From Eledone cirrhosa (Eukaryota): a stretch of 64,000 nucleotides of DNA. Under the pieces are notes generated by a model, which saw only the letters and a list, made by a program, of their open reading frames with translations, did not search any database and was not told where the DNA came from. The DNA is taken from positions 218,550,001-218,614,000 of the forward strand of contig OZ024742.1 of the NCBI GenBank assembly GCA_964016885.1, in the 5' to 3' direction. Below are positions 1 to 15,000 of this stretch, in pieces (within the stretch, counting starts at the first letter, position 1; each line of letters begins with the position of its first letter). The position numbers and the translations under genes were made by a program.

Positions 1-3000
1 ATTTCTATATATGTTGTTGACTACATTTCTACATGTGTTGTTGACTACATTTCTCCATGTGTTGTTGAGTCCATTTCTACATGTGTTGTTAACTCCATTT
101 CTACATGTGTTGTTGACTACATTTCTACATGCGTTGTTGACTCCATTTCTACCAGTGTTGTTGACTCCATTTCTACATATGTTGTTGACTACATTTCTAC
201 ATGTGTTGTTGACTACATTTCTACATGTGTTGTTGACTCCATTTCTACAGGTATTGTTGACTACATTTCAATATATGTTATTGACTACATTTCTACATGT
301 GATGTTGACTACATTTCTACATGTGTTGTTGACTACATTTCTAAATGTGCTGTTGACTCCAGTTCTACATGTGTTGTTGACTACATTTCTACATGTGTTG
401 TTGACTCCATTTCTACCAGTGTTGTTGACTCCAGTTCTACATGTGTTGTTGACTCCATTTCTACATGTGTTGTCGACTCCATTTCTACATGTGTTGTTGA
501 CTACATTTCTCCATGTGTTGTTGAGTCCATGTCTACATGTGTTGTTGACTCCATTTCTTCATGTGTTGTTGACTCCATTTCTACATATGTTGTTGACTAC
601 ATTTCTACATGTGTTGTTGACTCCATTTCTACATGTGTTGTTGACTACATTTCTAAATGTGTTGTTGACGCCATTTCTACATGTGTTGTTGACTCCTCTT
701 CTACATGTGTTCTTGATTACATTTCTACATGTGTTGTTGCCTACATTTTTACATGTGTTGTTAACTACATTTCTACATGTGTTGTTGACTCCATTTCTAC
801 ATGTGTTGTTGACTACATTTCTACATGTGTTGTTGACTACATTTCTACATCTGTTATTGACTACAATTCTACATGTGTTGTTGACTACATTTCTACATGT
901 GTTGGTGACTCCATTTCTCCATGTGTTGGTGACTCCATTTCTACCTTTGTTGTTGACTCCATTTCTACATGTGTTGTTGACTCCATTTCTACATGTGTTG
1001 TTGACTACATTTCTACATGTGATGTTGACTCCATTTCTATATGTGTTGTTGACTCCATTTCTACATGTGATGTTGACTCCATTTCTACATGTGTTGTTGA
1101 CTCCATTTCTGTATGTTTTGTTAACTACATTTCTACATGTGTTGTTAACTCCGTTTCTACATGTGTTGGTAACTCCATTTCTACATGTGATGTTGACTCC
1201 ATTTCTATATGTGTTGTTGACTACATTTCTACATTTGTTGTTGACTCCATTTCTACATGTGTTGTTGACTCCATTTCTAAATGTGTTGTTGACTCCATTT
1301 CTACATGTGTTGTTGACTCCATTTCTACATGTGTTGTTGACTCCATTTCTACATGTGTTGTTGACTCCATTTCTACATGTGTTGTTGACTCCATTTCTAC
1401 ATGTGTGTTGACTCCTTTTCTACATGTGTTGTTGACTCCATTTCTACCTGTGTTGTTGACTCCAGTTCTACATGTGTTGTTGACTCCATTTCTACATGTG
1501 TTTTTGACTACATTGACTACATTTCTACATGTGTTGTTGCCTCCATCTCTACATGTGTTGTTGACTCCATTTCTACATATGTTGTTGACTCCATTTCTAC
1601 ATGTGTGGTTGACTCCATTTCTACATGTGTTCTTGACTACATTTCTACATGTGTTGTTGACTCCATTTCTACATGTGTTGTTGACTACATTTCTATATGT
1701 GTTGTTGACTACATTTCTACATGTGTTGTTGACTCCATTTCTACATGTGTTGTTGACTCCTTTTCTACATGTGTTGTTGACTACATTTCTACATGTGTTG
1801 TTGCCTACATTTCTACATGTGTTGTTAACTACATTTCTACATGTGTTGTTGACTCCATTTCTACATGTGTTGTTGACTACATTTCTACATGTGTTGTTGA
1901 CTACATTTCTACATCTTTTATTGACTACAATTCTACATGTTTTGTTGACTACATTTCTACATGTGTTGGTGACTCCATTTCTACATGTGTTGGTGACTCC
2001 ATTTCTACATGTGTTGTTGACTACATTTCTACATGTGTTGTTGACTACATTTCTACATGTGTTGTTGACTCCATTTCTACAGGTATTGTTGACTACATTT
2101 CAATATATGTTATTGACTCCATTTCTACATGTGATGTTGACTACATTTCTACATGTGTTGTTGACTACATTTCTAAATGTGTTGTTGCCTCCAGTTCTAC
2201 ATGTGTTGTTGACTACATTTCTACATGTGTTGTTGACTCCATTTCTACCAGTGTTGTTGACTACATTTCTACATGTGTTGTTGACTCCATTTCTACATAT
2301 GTTGTTGACTACATTTCTACATGTGTTGTTGACTCAATTTCTGCATGTGTTGTTGATTACATTTCTAAATGTGTTTTTGACTACATTTCTACATGTGTTG
2401 TTGACTACATTTCTTCATGTGTTGTTGACTCCATTTCTACATGTGTTGTTGACTACATTTCTACATGTGTTGTTGACCCCATTTCTACATGTGTTGTTGA
2501 CTACATTTCTAAATGTGTTGTTGACTCCATTTCTACATGTGTTGTTGACTCCGTTTCTAAATGTGTTGTTGACTTCATTTCTACATGTTGGTGACTCCAT
2601 TTCTACATGTGTTGTTGAATCCATTTCTACATGTGTTGGTGACTCCATTTCTGTATGTGTTGTTAACTACATTTCTACATGTGTTGTTAACTCCATTTCT
2701 GTATGTGTTGTTGACTCCATTTCTACATGTGATGTTGACTCCATTTCTACATGTGTGTTGACTCCTTTTCTACATGTGTTGTTGACTCCATTTCTACATG
2801 TGTTGTTGACTACATTTCTAAATGTGTTTTTGACTACATTTCTACACGTGTTGTTGACTCCATTTCTACATGTGTTGTTAACTCCATTTCTACATATGTT
2901 GTTGACTAAATTTCTACATGTTTTTGTTGACTCCATTTCTACATGTATTGTTGACTACATTTCTATATATGTTGTTGACTACATTTCTACATGTGTTGTT

Positions 3001-6000
3001 GACTACATTTCTCCATGTGTTGTTGAGTCCATTTCTACATGTGTTGTTAACTCCATTTCTACATGTGTTGTTGATTACATTTCTACATGCGTTGTTGACT
3101 CCATTTCTACCAGTGTTGTTGACTCCATTTCTACATATGTTGTTGACTACATTTCTACATGTGTTGTTGACTACATTTCTACATGTGTTGTTGACTCCAT
3201 TTCTACAGGTATTGTTGACTACATTTCAATATATGTTATTGACTACATTTCTACATGTGATGTTGACTACATTTCTACATGTGTTGTTGACTACATTTCT
3301 AAATGTGCTGTTGACTCCAGTTCTACATGTGTTGTTGACTACATTTCTACATGTGTTGTTGACTCCATTTCTACCAGTGTTGTTGACTCCAGTTCTACAT
3401 GTGTTGTTGACTCCATTTCTACATGTGTTGTCGACTCCATTTCTACATGTGTTGTTGACTACATTTCTCCATGTGTTGTTGAGTCCATGTCTACATGTGT
3501 TGTTGACTCCATTTCTTCATGTGTTGTTGACTCCATTTCTACATATGTTGTTGACTACATTTCTACATGTGTTGTTGACTCCATTTCTACATGTGTTGTT
3601 GACTACATTTCTAAATGTGTTGTTGACGCCATTTCTACATGTGTTGTTGACTCCTCTTCTACATGTGTTCTTGATTACATTTCTACATGTGTTGTTGCCT
3701 ACATTTCTACATGTGTTGTTAACTACATTTCTACATGTGTTGTTGACTCCATTTCTACATGTGTTGTTGACTACATTTCTACATGTGTTGTTGACTACAT
3801 TTCTACATCTGTTATTGACTACAATTCTACATGTGTTGTTGACTACATTTCTACATGTGTTGGTGACTCCATTTCTCCATGTGTTGGTGACTCCATTTCT
3901 ACCTTTGTTGTTGACTCCATTTCTACATGTGTTGTTGACTCCATTTCTACATGTGTTGTTGACTACATTTCTACATGTGATGTTGACTCCATTTCTATAT
4001 GTGTTGTTGACTCCATTTCTACATGTGATGTTGACTCCATTTCTACATGTGTTGTTGACTCCATTTCTGTATGTTTTGTTAACTACATTTCTACATGTGT
4101 TGTTAACTCCGTTTCTACATGTGTTGGTAACTCCATTTCTACATGTGATGTTGACTCCATTTCTATATGTGTTGTTGACTACATTTCTACATTTGTTGTT
4201 GACTCCATTTCTACATGTGTTGTTGACTCCATTTCTAAATGTGTTGTTGACTCCATTTCTACATGTGTTGTTGACTCCATTTCTACATGTGTTGTTGACT
4301 CCATTTCTACATGTGTTGTTGACTCCATTTCTACATGTGTTGTTGACTACATTTCTAAATGTGTTTTTGACTACATTTCTACACGTGTTGTTGACTCCAT
4401 TTCTACATGTGTTGTTGACTCCTTTTCTACATGTGTTGTTGACTCCATTTCTACATGTGTTGTTGCCTACATTTCTACATGTGTTGTTAACTACATTTCT
4501 ACATGTGTTGTTGACTCCATTTCTACATGTGTTGTTGACTACATTTCTACATGTGTTGTTGACTACATTTCTACATCTTTTATTGACTACAATTCTACAT
4601 GTTTTGTTGACTACATTTCTACATGTGTTGGTGACTCCGTTTCTACATGTGTTGGTGACTCCATTTCTACATGTGTTGTTGACTCCATTTCTACATGTGT
4701 TGTTGACTCCATTTCTACATGTGTTGTTGACTACATTTCTACATGTGATGTTGACTCCATTTCTATATGTGTTGTTGACTCCATTTCTACATGTGATGTT
4801 GACTCCATTTCTACATGTGTTGTTGACTCCATTTCTGTATGTTTTGTTAACTACATTTCTACATGTGTTGATAACTCCGTTTCTACATGTGTTGGTAACT
4901 CCAGTTCTACATGTGATGTTGACTGCATTTCTATATGTGTTGTTGACTCCATTTCTACATGTGTTGTTGACTACATTTCTAAATGTGTTTTTGACTCCAT
5001 TTCTACATGTGTTGTTGACTCCATTTCTACATATGTTGTTGACTACATTTCTACATGTGTTGTTGACTCCATTTTTACATATGTTGTTGACTCCATTTCT
5101 ACATGTGTTGTTGACTCCATTTCTACATGTGTTGTTGACTCCATTTCTACATCTACATTTCTACATGTGTTGTTGACTACATTTCTACATTTGTTGTTGA
5201 CTCCATTTCTAAATGTGTTGTTGACTACATTTTTACATGTGTTGTTGACTCCATTTCTACATGTGTTGTTGACTCCATTTCTACATGTGTTGTTGACTAC
5301 ATTTCTACATGTGTTGTTGACTCCATTTCTACATGTGTTGTTGACTACATTTCTACATGTGTTGTTAACTCCATTTCTACATGTGTATTTGACTACATTT
5401 CTACATGTGTTGTTGACTCCATTTCTACATGTGTTGTTGACTACATTTCTACCAGTGTTGTTGACTCCATTTCTACATATGTTGTTGACTACATTTCTAC
5501 ATGTGTTGTTGACTCCATTTCTACATGTGTTGTTGACTACATTTCTATATATGTTGTTGACTACATTTTTACATGTGTTGTTGACTACATTTCTACATGT
5601 GTTGTTGACTCCATTTCTACCTGTGTTGTTGACTTCAGTTCTACATGTGTTGTTGACTCCATTTCTACATGTGTGTTGACTCCTTTTCTACATGTGTTGT
5701 TGACTCCATTTCTACATGTGTTGTTGACTACATTTCTCCATGTGTTGTTGAGTCCATTTCTACATGTGTTGTTGACTACATTTCTACATGTGTTGTTGAC
5801 TACATTTCTACATGTGTTGTTGACTACATTTCTACATGTGTTGTTGACTACATTTCTACATGTGTTGTTGACTCCATTTCTACATGTGTTGTTGACTACA
5901 TTTCTATATGTGTTGTTGACTCCATTTCTACATGTGTTGTTGACTACATTTCTATATGTGTTGTTGACTACATTTCTACATATGTTGTTGACTCCATTTC

Positions 6001-9000
6001 TACATGTGCTGTTGGCTACATTTCTAAATGTGTTTTTGACTACATTTCTACACGTGTTGTTGACTCCATTTCTACATGTGTTGTTAACTCCATTTCTACA
6101 TATGTTGTTGACTAAATTTCTACATGTTTTTGTTGACTCCATTTCTACATGTATTGTTGACTACATTTCTATATATGTTGTTGACTACATTTCTACATGT
6201 GTTGTTGACTACATTTCTCCATGTGTTGTTGAGTCCATTTCTACATGTGTTGTTAACTCCATTTCTACATGTGTTGTTGACTACATTTCTACATGCGTTG
6301 TTGACTCCATTTCTACCAGTGTTGTTGACTCCATTTCTACATATGTTGTTGACTACATTTCTACATGTGTTGTTGACTACATTTCTACATGTGTTGTTGA
6401 CTCCATTTCTACAGGTATTGTTGACTACATTTCAATATATGTTATTGACTACATTTCTACATGTGATGTTGACTACATTTCTACATGTGTTGTTGACTAC
6501 ATTTCTAAATGTGCTGTTGACTCCAGTTCTACATGTGTTGTTGACTACATTTCTACATGTGTTGTTGACTCCATTTCTACCAGTGTTGTTGACTCCAGTT
6601 CTACATGTGTTGTTGACTCCATTTCTACATGTGTTGTCGACTCCATTTCTACATGTGTTGTTGACTACATTTCTCCATGTGTTGTTGAGTCCATGTCTAC
6701 ATGTGTTGTTGACTCCATTTCTTCATGTGTTGTTGACTCCATTTCTACATATGTTGTTGACTACATTTCTACATGTGTTGTTGACTCCATTTCTACATGT
6801 GTTGTTGACTACATTTCTAAATGTGTTGTTGACGCCATTTCTACATGTGTTGTTGACTCCTCTTCTACATGTGTTCTTGACTACAATTCTACATGTGTTG
6901 TTGACTACATTTCTACATGTGTTGGTGACTCCATTTCTCCATGTGTTGGTGACTCCATTTCTACCTTTGTTGTTGACTCCATTTCTACATGTGTTGTTGA
7001 CTCCATTTCTACATGTGTTGTTGACTACATTTCTACATGTGATGTTGACTCCATTTCTATATGTGTTGTTGACTCCATTTCTACATGTGATGTTGACTCC
7101 ATTTCCACATGTGTTGTTGACTCCATTTCTGTATGTTTTGTTAACTACATTTCTACATGTGTTGTTAACTCCGTTTCTACATGTGTTGGTAACTCCATTT
7201 CTACATGTGATGTTGACTCCATTTCTATATGTGTTGTTGACTACATTTCTACATTTGTTGTTGACTCCATTTCTACATGTGTTGTTGACTCCATTTCTAA
7301 ATGTGTTGTTGACTCCATTTCTACATGTGTTGTTGACTCCATTTCTACATGTGTTGTTGACTCCATTTCTACATGTGTTGTTGACTCCATTTCTACATGT
7401 GTTGTTGACTCCATTTCTACATGTGTGTTGACTCCTTTTCTACATGTGTTGTTGACTCCATTTCTACCTGTGTTGTTGACTCCAGTTCTACATGTGTTGT
7501 TGACTCCATTTCTACATGTGTTTTTGACTACATTGACTACATTTCTACATGTGTTGTTGCCTCCATCTCTACATGTGTTGTTGACTCCATTTCTACATAT
7601 GTTGTTGACTCCATTTCTACATGTGTGGTTGACTCCATTTCTACATGTGTTCTTGACTACATTTCTACATGTGTTGTTGACTCCATTTCTACATGTGTTG
7701 TTGACTACATTTCTATATGTGTTGTTGACTACATTTCTACATGTGTTGTTGACTCCATTTCTACATGTGTTGTTGACTCCTTTTCTACATGTGTTGTTGA
7801 CTACATTTCTACATGTGTTGGTGACTCCATTTCTACATGTGTTGGTGACTCCATTTCTACATGTGTTGTTGACTACATTTCTACATGTGTTGTTGACTAC
7901 ATTTCTACATGTGTTGTTGACTCCATTTCTACAGGTATTGTTGACTACATTTCAATATATGTTATTGACTCCATTTCTACATGTGATGTTGACTACATTT
8001 CTACATGTGTTGTTGACTACATTTCTAAATGTGTTGTTGCCTCCAGTTCTACATGTGTTGTTGACTACATTTCTACATGTGTTGTTGACTCCATTTCTAC
8101 CAGTGTTGTTGACTCCATTTCTACATGTGTTGTTGACTACATTTCTATATGTGTTGTTGACTACATTTCTACATATGTTGTTGACTCCATTTCTACATGT
8201 GCTGTTGGCTACATTTCTAAATGTATTTTTGACTACATTTCTACACGTGTTGTTGACTACATTTCTACATGTGTTGTTGACTCCATTTCTACATATGTTG
8301 TTGACTACATTTCTACATGTGTTGTTGACTCAATTTCTGCATGTGTTGTTGATTACATTTCTAAATGTGTTTTTGACTACATTTCTACATGTGTTGTTGA
8401 CTACATTTCTTCATGTGTTGTTGACTCCATTTCTACATGTGTTGTTGACTACATTTCTACATGTGTTGTTGACCCCATTTCTACATGTGTTGTTGACTAC
8501 AGTTCTAAATGTGTTGTTGACTCCATTTCTACATGTGTTGTTGACTCCATTTCTACATGTGTTGTTGACTACATTTCTCCATGTGTTGTTGAGTCCATTT
8601 CTACATGTGTTGTTGACTACATTTCTACATGTGTTGTTGACTACATTTCTACATGTGTTGTTGACTACATTTCTACATGTGTTGTTGACTACATTTCTAC
8701 ATGTGTTGTTGACTCCATTTCTACATGTGTTGTTGACTACATTTCTATATGTGTTGTTGACTCCATTTCTACATGTGTTGTTGACTACATTTCTATATGT
8801 GTTGTTGACTACATTTCTACATATGTTGTTGACTCCATTTCTACATGTGCTGTTGGCTACATTTCTAAATGTGTTTTTGACTACATTTCTACACGTGTTG
8901 TTGACTCCATTTCTACATGTGTTGTTAACTCCATTTCTACATATGTTGTTGACTAAATTTCTACATGTTTTTGTTGACTCCATTTCTACATGTATTGTTG

Positions 9001-12000
9001 ACTACATTTCTATATATGTTGTTGACTACATTTCTACATGTGTTGTTGACTACATTTCTCCATGTGTTGTTGAGTCCATTTCTACATGTGTTGTTAACTC
9101 CATTTCTACATGTGTTGTTGACTACATTTCTACATGCGTTGTTGACTCCATTTCTACCAGTGTTGTTGACTCCATTTCTACATATGTTGTTGACTACATT
9201 TCTACATGTGTTGTTGACTACATTTCTACATGTGTTGTTGACTCCATTTCTACAGGTATTGTTGACTACATTTCAATATATGTTATTGACTACATTTCTA
9301 CATGTGATGTTGACTACATTTCTACATGTGTTGTTGACTACATTTCTAAATGTGCTGTTGACTCCAGTTCTACATGTGTTGTTGACTACATTTCTACATG
9401 TGTTGTTGACTCCATTTCTACCAGTGTTGTTGACTCCAGTTCTACATGTGTTGTTGACTCCATTTCTACATGTGTTGTCGACTCCATTTCTACATGTGTT
9501 GTTGACTACATTTCTCCATGTGTTGTTGAGTCCATGTCTACATGTGTTGTTGACTCCATTTCTTCATGTGTTGTTGACTCCATTTCTACATATGTTGTTG
9601 ACTACATTTCTACATGTGTTGTTGACTCCATTTCTACATGTGTTGTTGACTACATTTCTAAATGTGTTGTTGACGCCATTTCTACATGTGTTGTTGACTC
9701 CTCTTCTACATGTGTTCTTGATTACATTTCTACATGTGTTGTTGCCTACATTTTTACATGTGTTGTTAACTACATTTCTACATGTGTTGTTGACTCCATT
9801 TCTACATGTGTTGTTGACTACATTTCTACATGTGTTGTTGACTACATTTCTACATCTGTTATTGACTACAATTCTACATGTGTTGTTGACTACATTTCTA
9901 CATGTGTTGGTGACTCCATTTCTCCATGTGTTGGTGACTCCATTTCTACCTTTGTTGTTGACTCTATTTCTACATGTGTTGTTGACTCCATTTCTACATG
10001 TGTTGTTGACTACATTTCTACATGTGATGTTGACTCCATTTCTATATGTGTTGTTGACTCCATTTCTACATGTGATGTTGACTCCATTTCTACATGTGTT
10101 GTTGACTCCATTTCTGTATGTTTTGTTAACTACATTTCTACATGTGTTGTTAACTCCGTTTCTACATGTGTTGGTAACTCCATTTCTACATGTGATGTTG
10201 ACTCCATTTCTATATGTGTTGTTGACTACATTTCTACATTTGTTGTTGACTCCATTTCTACATGTGTTGTTGACTCCATTTCTAAATGTGTTGTTGACTC
10301 CATTTCTACATGTGTTGTTGACTCCATTTCTACATGTGTTGTTGACTCCATTTCTACATGTGTTGTTGACTCCATTTCTACATGTGTTGTTGACTCCATT
10401 TCTACATGTGTGTTGACTCCTTTTCTACATGTGTTGTTGACTCCATTTCTACCTGTGTTGTTGACTCCAGTTCTACATGTGTTGTTGACTCCATTTCTAC
10501 ATGTGTTTTTGACTACATTGACTACATTTCTACATGTGTTGTTGCCTCCATCTCTACATGTGTTGTTGACTCCATTTCTACATATGTTGTTGACTCCATT
10601 TCTACATGTGTGGTTGACTCCATTTCTACATGTGTTCTTGACTACATTTCTACATGTGTTGTTGACTCCATTTCTACATGTGTTGTTGACTACATTTCTA
10701 TATGTGTTGTTGACTACATTTCTACATGTGTTGTTGACTCCATTTCTACATGTGTTGTTGACTCCTTTTCTACATGTGTTGTTGACTACATTTCTACATG
10801 TGTTGTTGCCTACATTTCTACATGTGTTGTTAACTACATTTCTACATGTGTTGTTGACTCCATTTCTACATGTGTTGTTGACTACATTTCTACATGTGTT
10901 GTTGACTACATTTCTACATCTTTTATTGACTACAATTCTACATGTTTTGTTGACTACATTTCTACATGTGTTGGTGACTCCATTTCTACATGTGTTGGTG
11001 ACTCCATTTCTACATGTGTTGTTGACTACATTTCTACATGTGTTGTTGACTACATTTCTACATGTGTTGTTGACTCCATTTCTACAGGTATTGTTGACTA
11101 CATTTCAATATATGTTATTGACTCCATTTCTACATGTGATGTTGACTACATTTCTACATGTGTTGTTGACTACATTTCTAAATGTGTTGTTGCCTCCAGT
11201 TCTACATGTGTTGTTGACTACATTTCTACATGTGTTGTTGACTCCATTTCTACCAGTGTTGTTGACTACATTTCTACATGTGTTGTTGACTCCATTTCTA
11301 CATATGTTGTTGACTACATTTCTACATGTGTTGTTGACTCAATTTCTGCATGTGTTGTTGATTACATTTCTAAATGTGTTTTTGACTACATTTCTACATG
11401 TGTTGTTGACTACATTTCTTCATGTGTTGTTGACTCCATTTCTACATGTGTTGTTGACTACATTTCTACATGTGTTGTTGACCCCATTTCTACATGTGTT
11501 GTTGACTACATTTCTAAATGTGTTGTTGACTCCATTTCTACATGTGTTGTTGACTCCGTTTCTAAATGTGTTGTTGACTTCATTTCTACATGTTGGTGAC
11601 TCCATTTCTACATGTGTTGTTGAATCCATTTCTACATGTGTTGGTGACTCCATTTCTGTATGTGTTGTTAACTACATTTCTACATGTGTTGTTAACTCCA
11701 TTTCTGTATGTGTTGTTGACTCCATTTCTACATGTGATGTTGACTCCATTTCTACATGTGTTGTTGACTCCATTTCTGTATGTGTTGTTAACTACACTTC
11801 TACATGTGTTGTTAACTCCGTTTCTACATGTGTTGGTAACTCCATTTCTACATGTGTTGTTAACTCCATTTCTACATATGTTGTTGACTACATTTCTACA
11901 TGTGTTGTTGACTCCATTTCTACATATGTTGTTGACTACATTTCTACATGTGTTGTTGACTCCATTTCTACATGTGTTGTTGACTACATTTCTAAATGTG

Positions 12001-15000
12001 TTGTTGACTCCATTTCTACATGTGTTGTTGACTCCATTTCTCAATGTGGTGTTGACTCCATTTCTACATGTGTTGTTGACTCCATTTCTACATGTGTTGT
12101 TGACTATATTTCTCCATGTGTTGGTGACTCCATTTCTACATGTGTTGTTGACTCAATTTCTACATGTGTTGTTGACTGCATTTCTGTATGTGTTGTTAAC
12201 TACATTTCTACATGTGTTGTTGATTCCATTTCTACATGTGTTGGTGACTCCATTTCTACATGTGTTGGTGACTCCATTTCTACATGTGTTGTTGACTACA
12301 TTTCTACATGTGTTGTTCACTACATTTCTACATGTGTTGTTGACTCCATTTCTACAGTTATTGTTGACTACATTTCAATATATGTTATTGACTCCATTTC
12401 TACATGTGATGTTGACTACATTTCTACATGTGTTGTTGACTACATTTCTAAATGTGTTGTTGCCTCCAGTTCTACATGTGTTGTTGACTACATTTCTACA
12501 TGTGTTGTTGACTCCATTTCTACCAGTGTTGTTGACTCCATTTCTACATCTGTTGTTGACTACATTTCTATATGTGTTGTTGACTACATTTCTACATATG
12601 TTGTTGACTCCATTTCTACATGTGCTGTTGGCTACATTTCTAAATGTGTTTTTGACTACATTTCTACACGTGTTGTTGACTCCATTTCTACATGTGTTGT
12701 TGACTCCATTTCTACATATGTTGTTGACTATATTTCTACATGTGTTGTTGACTCAATTTCTGCATGTGTTGTTGATTACATTTCTAAATGTGTTTTTGAC
12801 TACATTTCTACATGTGTTGTTGACTACATTTCTTCATGTGTTGTTGACTCCATTTCTACATGTGTTGTTGACTACATTTCTACATGTGTTGTTGACCCCA
12901 TTTCTACATGTGTTGTTGACTACATTTCTAAATGTGTTGTTGACTCCATTTCTACATGTGTTGTTGACTCCATTTCTAAATGTGTTGTAGACTTCATTTC
13001 TACATGTTGGTGACTCCATTTCTACATGTGTTGTTGAATCCATTTCTACATGTGTTGGTGACTCCATTTGTGTATGTGTTGTTAACTACATTTCTACATG
13101 TGTTGTTAACTCCATTTCTGTATGTGTTGTTGACTCCATTTCTACATGTGATGTTGACTCCATTTCTACATGTGTTGTTGACTCCATTTCTGTATGTGTT
13201 GTTAACTACATTTCTACATGTGTTGTTAACTCCGTTTCTACATGTGTTGGTAACTCCATTTCTACATGTGTTGTTAACTCCATTTCTACATATGTTGTTG
13301 ACTACATTTCTACATGTGTTGTTGACTCCATTTCTACATATGTTGTTGACTACATTTCTACATGTGTTGTTGACTCCATTTCTACATGTGTTGTTGACTA
13401 CATTTCTAAATGTGTTGTTGACTCCATTTCTACATGTGTTGTTGACTCCATTTCTCAATGTGGTGTTGACTCCATTTCTACATGTGTTGTTGACTCCATT
13501 TCTACATGTGTTGTTGACTATATTTCTCCATGTGTTGGTGACTCCATTTCTACATGTGTTGTTGACTCAATTTCTACATGTGTTGTTGACTGCATTTCTG
13601 TATGTGTTGTTAACTACATTTCTACATGTGTTGTTGATTCCATTTCTACATGTGTTGTTGACTACATTTCTACATGTGTTGTTAACTCCGTTTCTACATG
13701 TGTTGTTAACTCCATTTCTACATGTGATGTTGACTCCATTTGTACATGTGTTGTTGACTCCACTTCTACATGTGTTGATGACTACATTTTTACATGTGTT
13801 GTTGACTCCATTTCTACATGTGTTGTTGACTACATTTCTACATGTGTTGTTGACCCCATTTCTACATGTGTTGTTGACTACATTTCTAAATGTGTTGTTG
13901 ACTACATTTCTACATATGTTGTTGACTAAATTTCTACATGTTTTTGTTGACTACATTTCTACATGTATTGTTGACTACATTTCTATATATGTTGTTGACT
14001 ACATTTCTACATGTGTTGTTGACTCTATTTCTACATGTGTTGTTGACTACATTTCTACATGTGTTGTTGACTCCATTTCTAAATGTGTTGTTGACTACAT
14101 TTCTACATGTGTTGTGGACTACATTTATACATGTGTTGTTGACTACATTTCTACATGTGTTGTTGACTACATTTCTACATGTGTTGTTGACTCCATTTCT
14201 ACATGTGTTGTTGACTACATTTCTATATGTGTTGTTGACTACATTTCTACATGTGTTGTTGACTCCATTTCTACATGTGCTGTTGACTGCATTTCTACAT
14301 ATTTTGTTGACTATATTTCTACATGTGTTGTTGACTCCATTTCTACATGTGTTGTTGATTACATTTCTAAATGTGTTTTTGACTACATTTCTACATGTGT
14401 TGTTGACTACATTTCTCCATGTGTTGTTGACTCCATTTCTACATGTGTTGTTGACTACATTTCTACATGTGTTGTTGACTACATTTCTAAATGTGTTGTT
14501 GACTCCATTTCTACATATGTTGTTGACTACATTTCTACATGTGTTGTTGACTCCATTTCTACATGTGTTGTTGACTACATTTCTACATGTGTTGTTGACC
14601 CCATTTCTACATGTGTTGTTGACTACATTTCTAAATGTGTTGTTGACTCCATTTCTACATGTGTTGTTGACTCCATTTCTAAATGTGGTGTTGACTTCAT
14701 TTCTACATGTTGGTGACTCCATTTCTACACGTGTTGTTGAATCCATTTCTACATGTGTTGGTGACTCCATTTCTACATGTGATGTTGACTCCATTTCTAC
14801 ATGTGTTGTTGACTGCATTTCTGTATGTGTTGTTAACTACATTTCTACATGTGTTGTTAACTCCATTTCTAGATGTGTTTTTGACTCCATTTCTACATGT
14901 GATGTTGACTCCATTTCTACATGTGTTGTTGACTACATTTCTACATGTGTTGTTAACTCCATTTCTACATATGTTGTTGACTAAATTTCTACATGTTTTT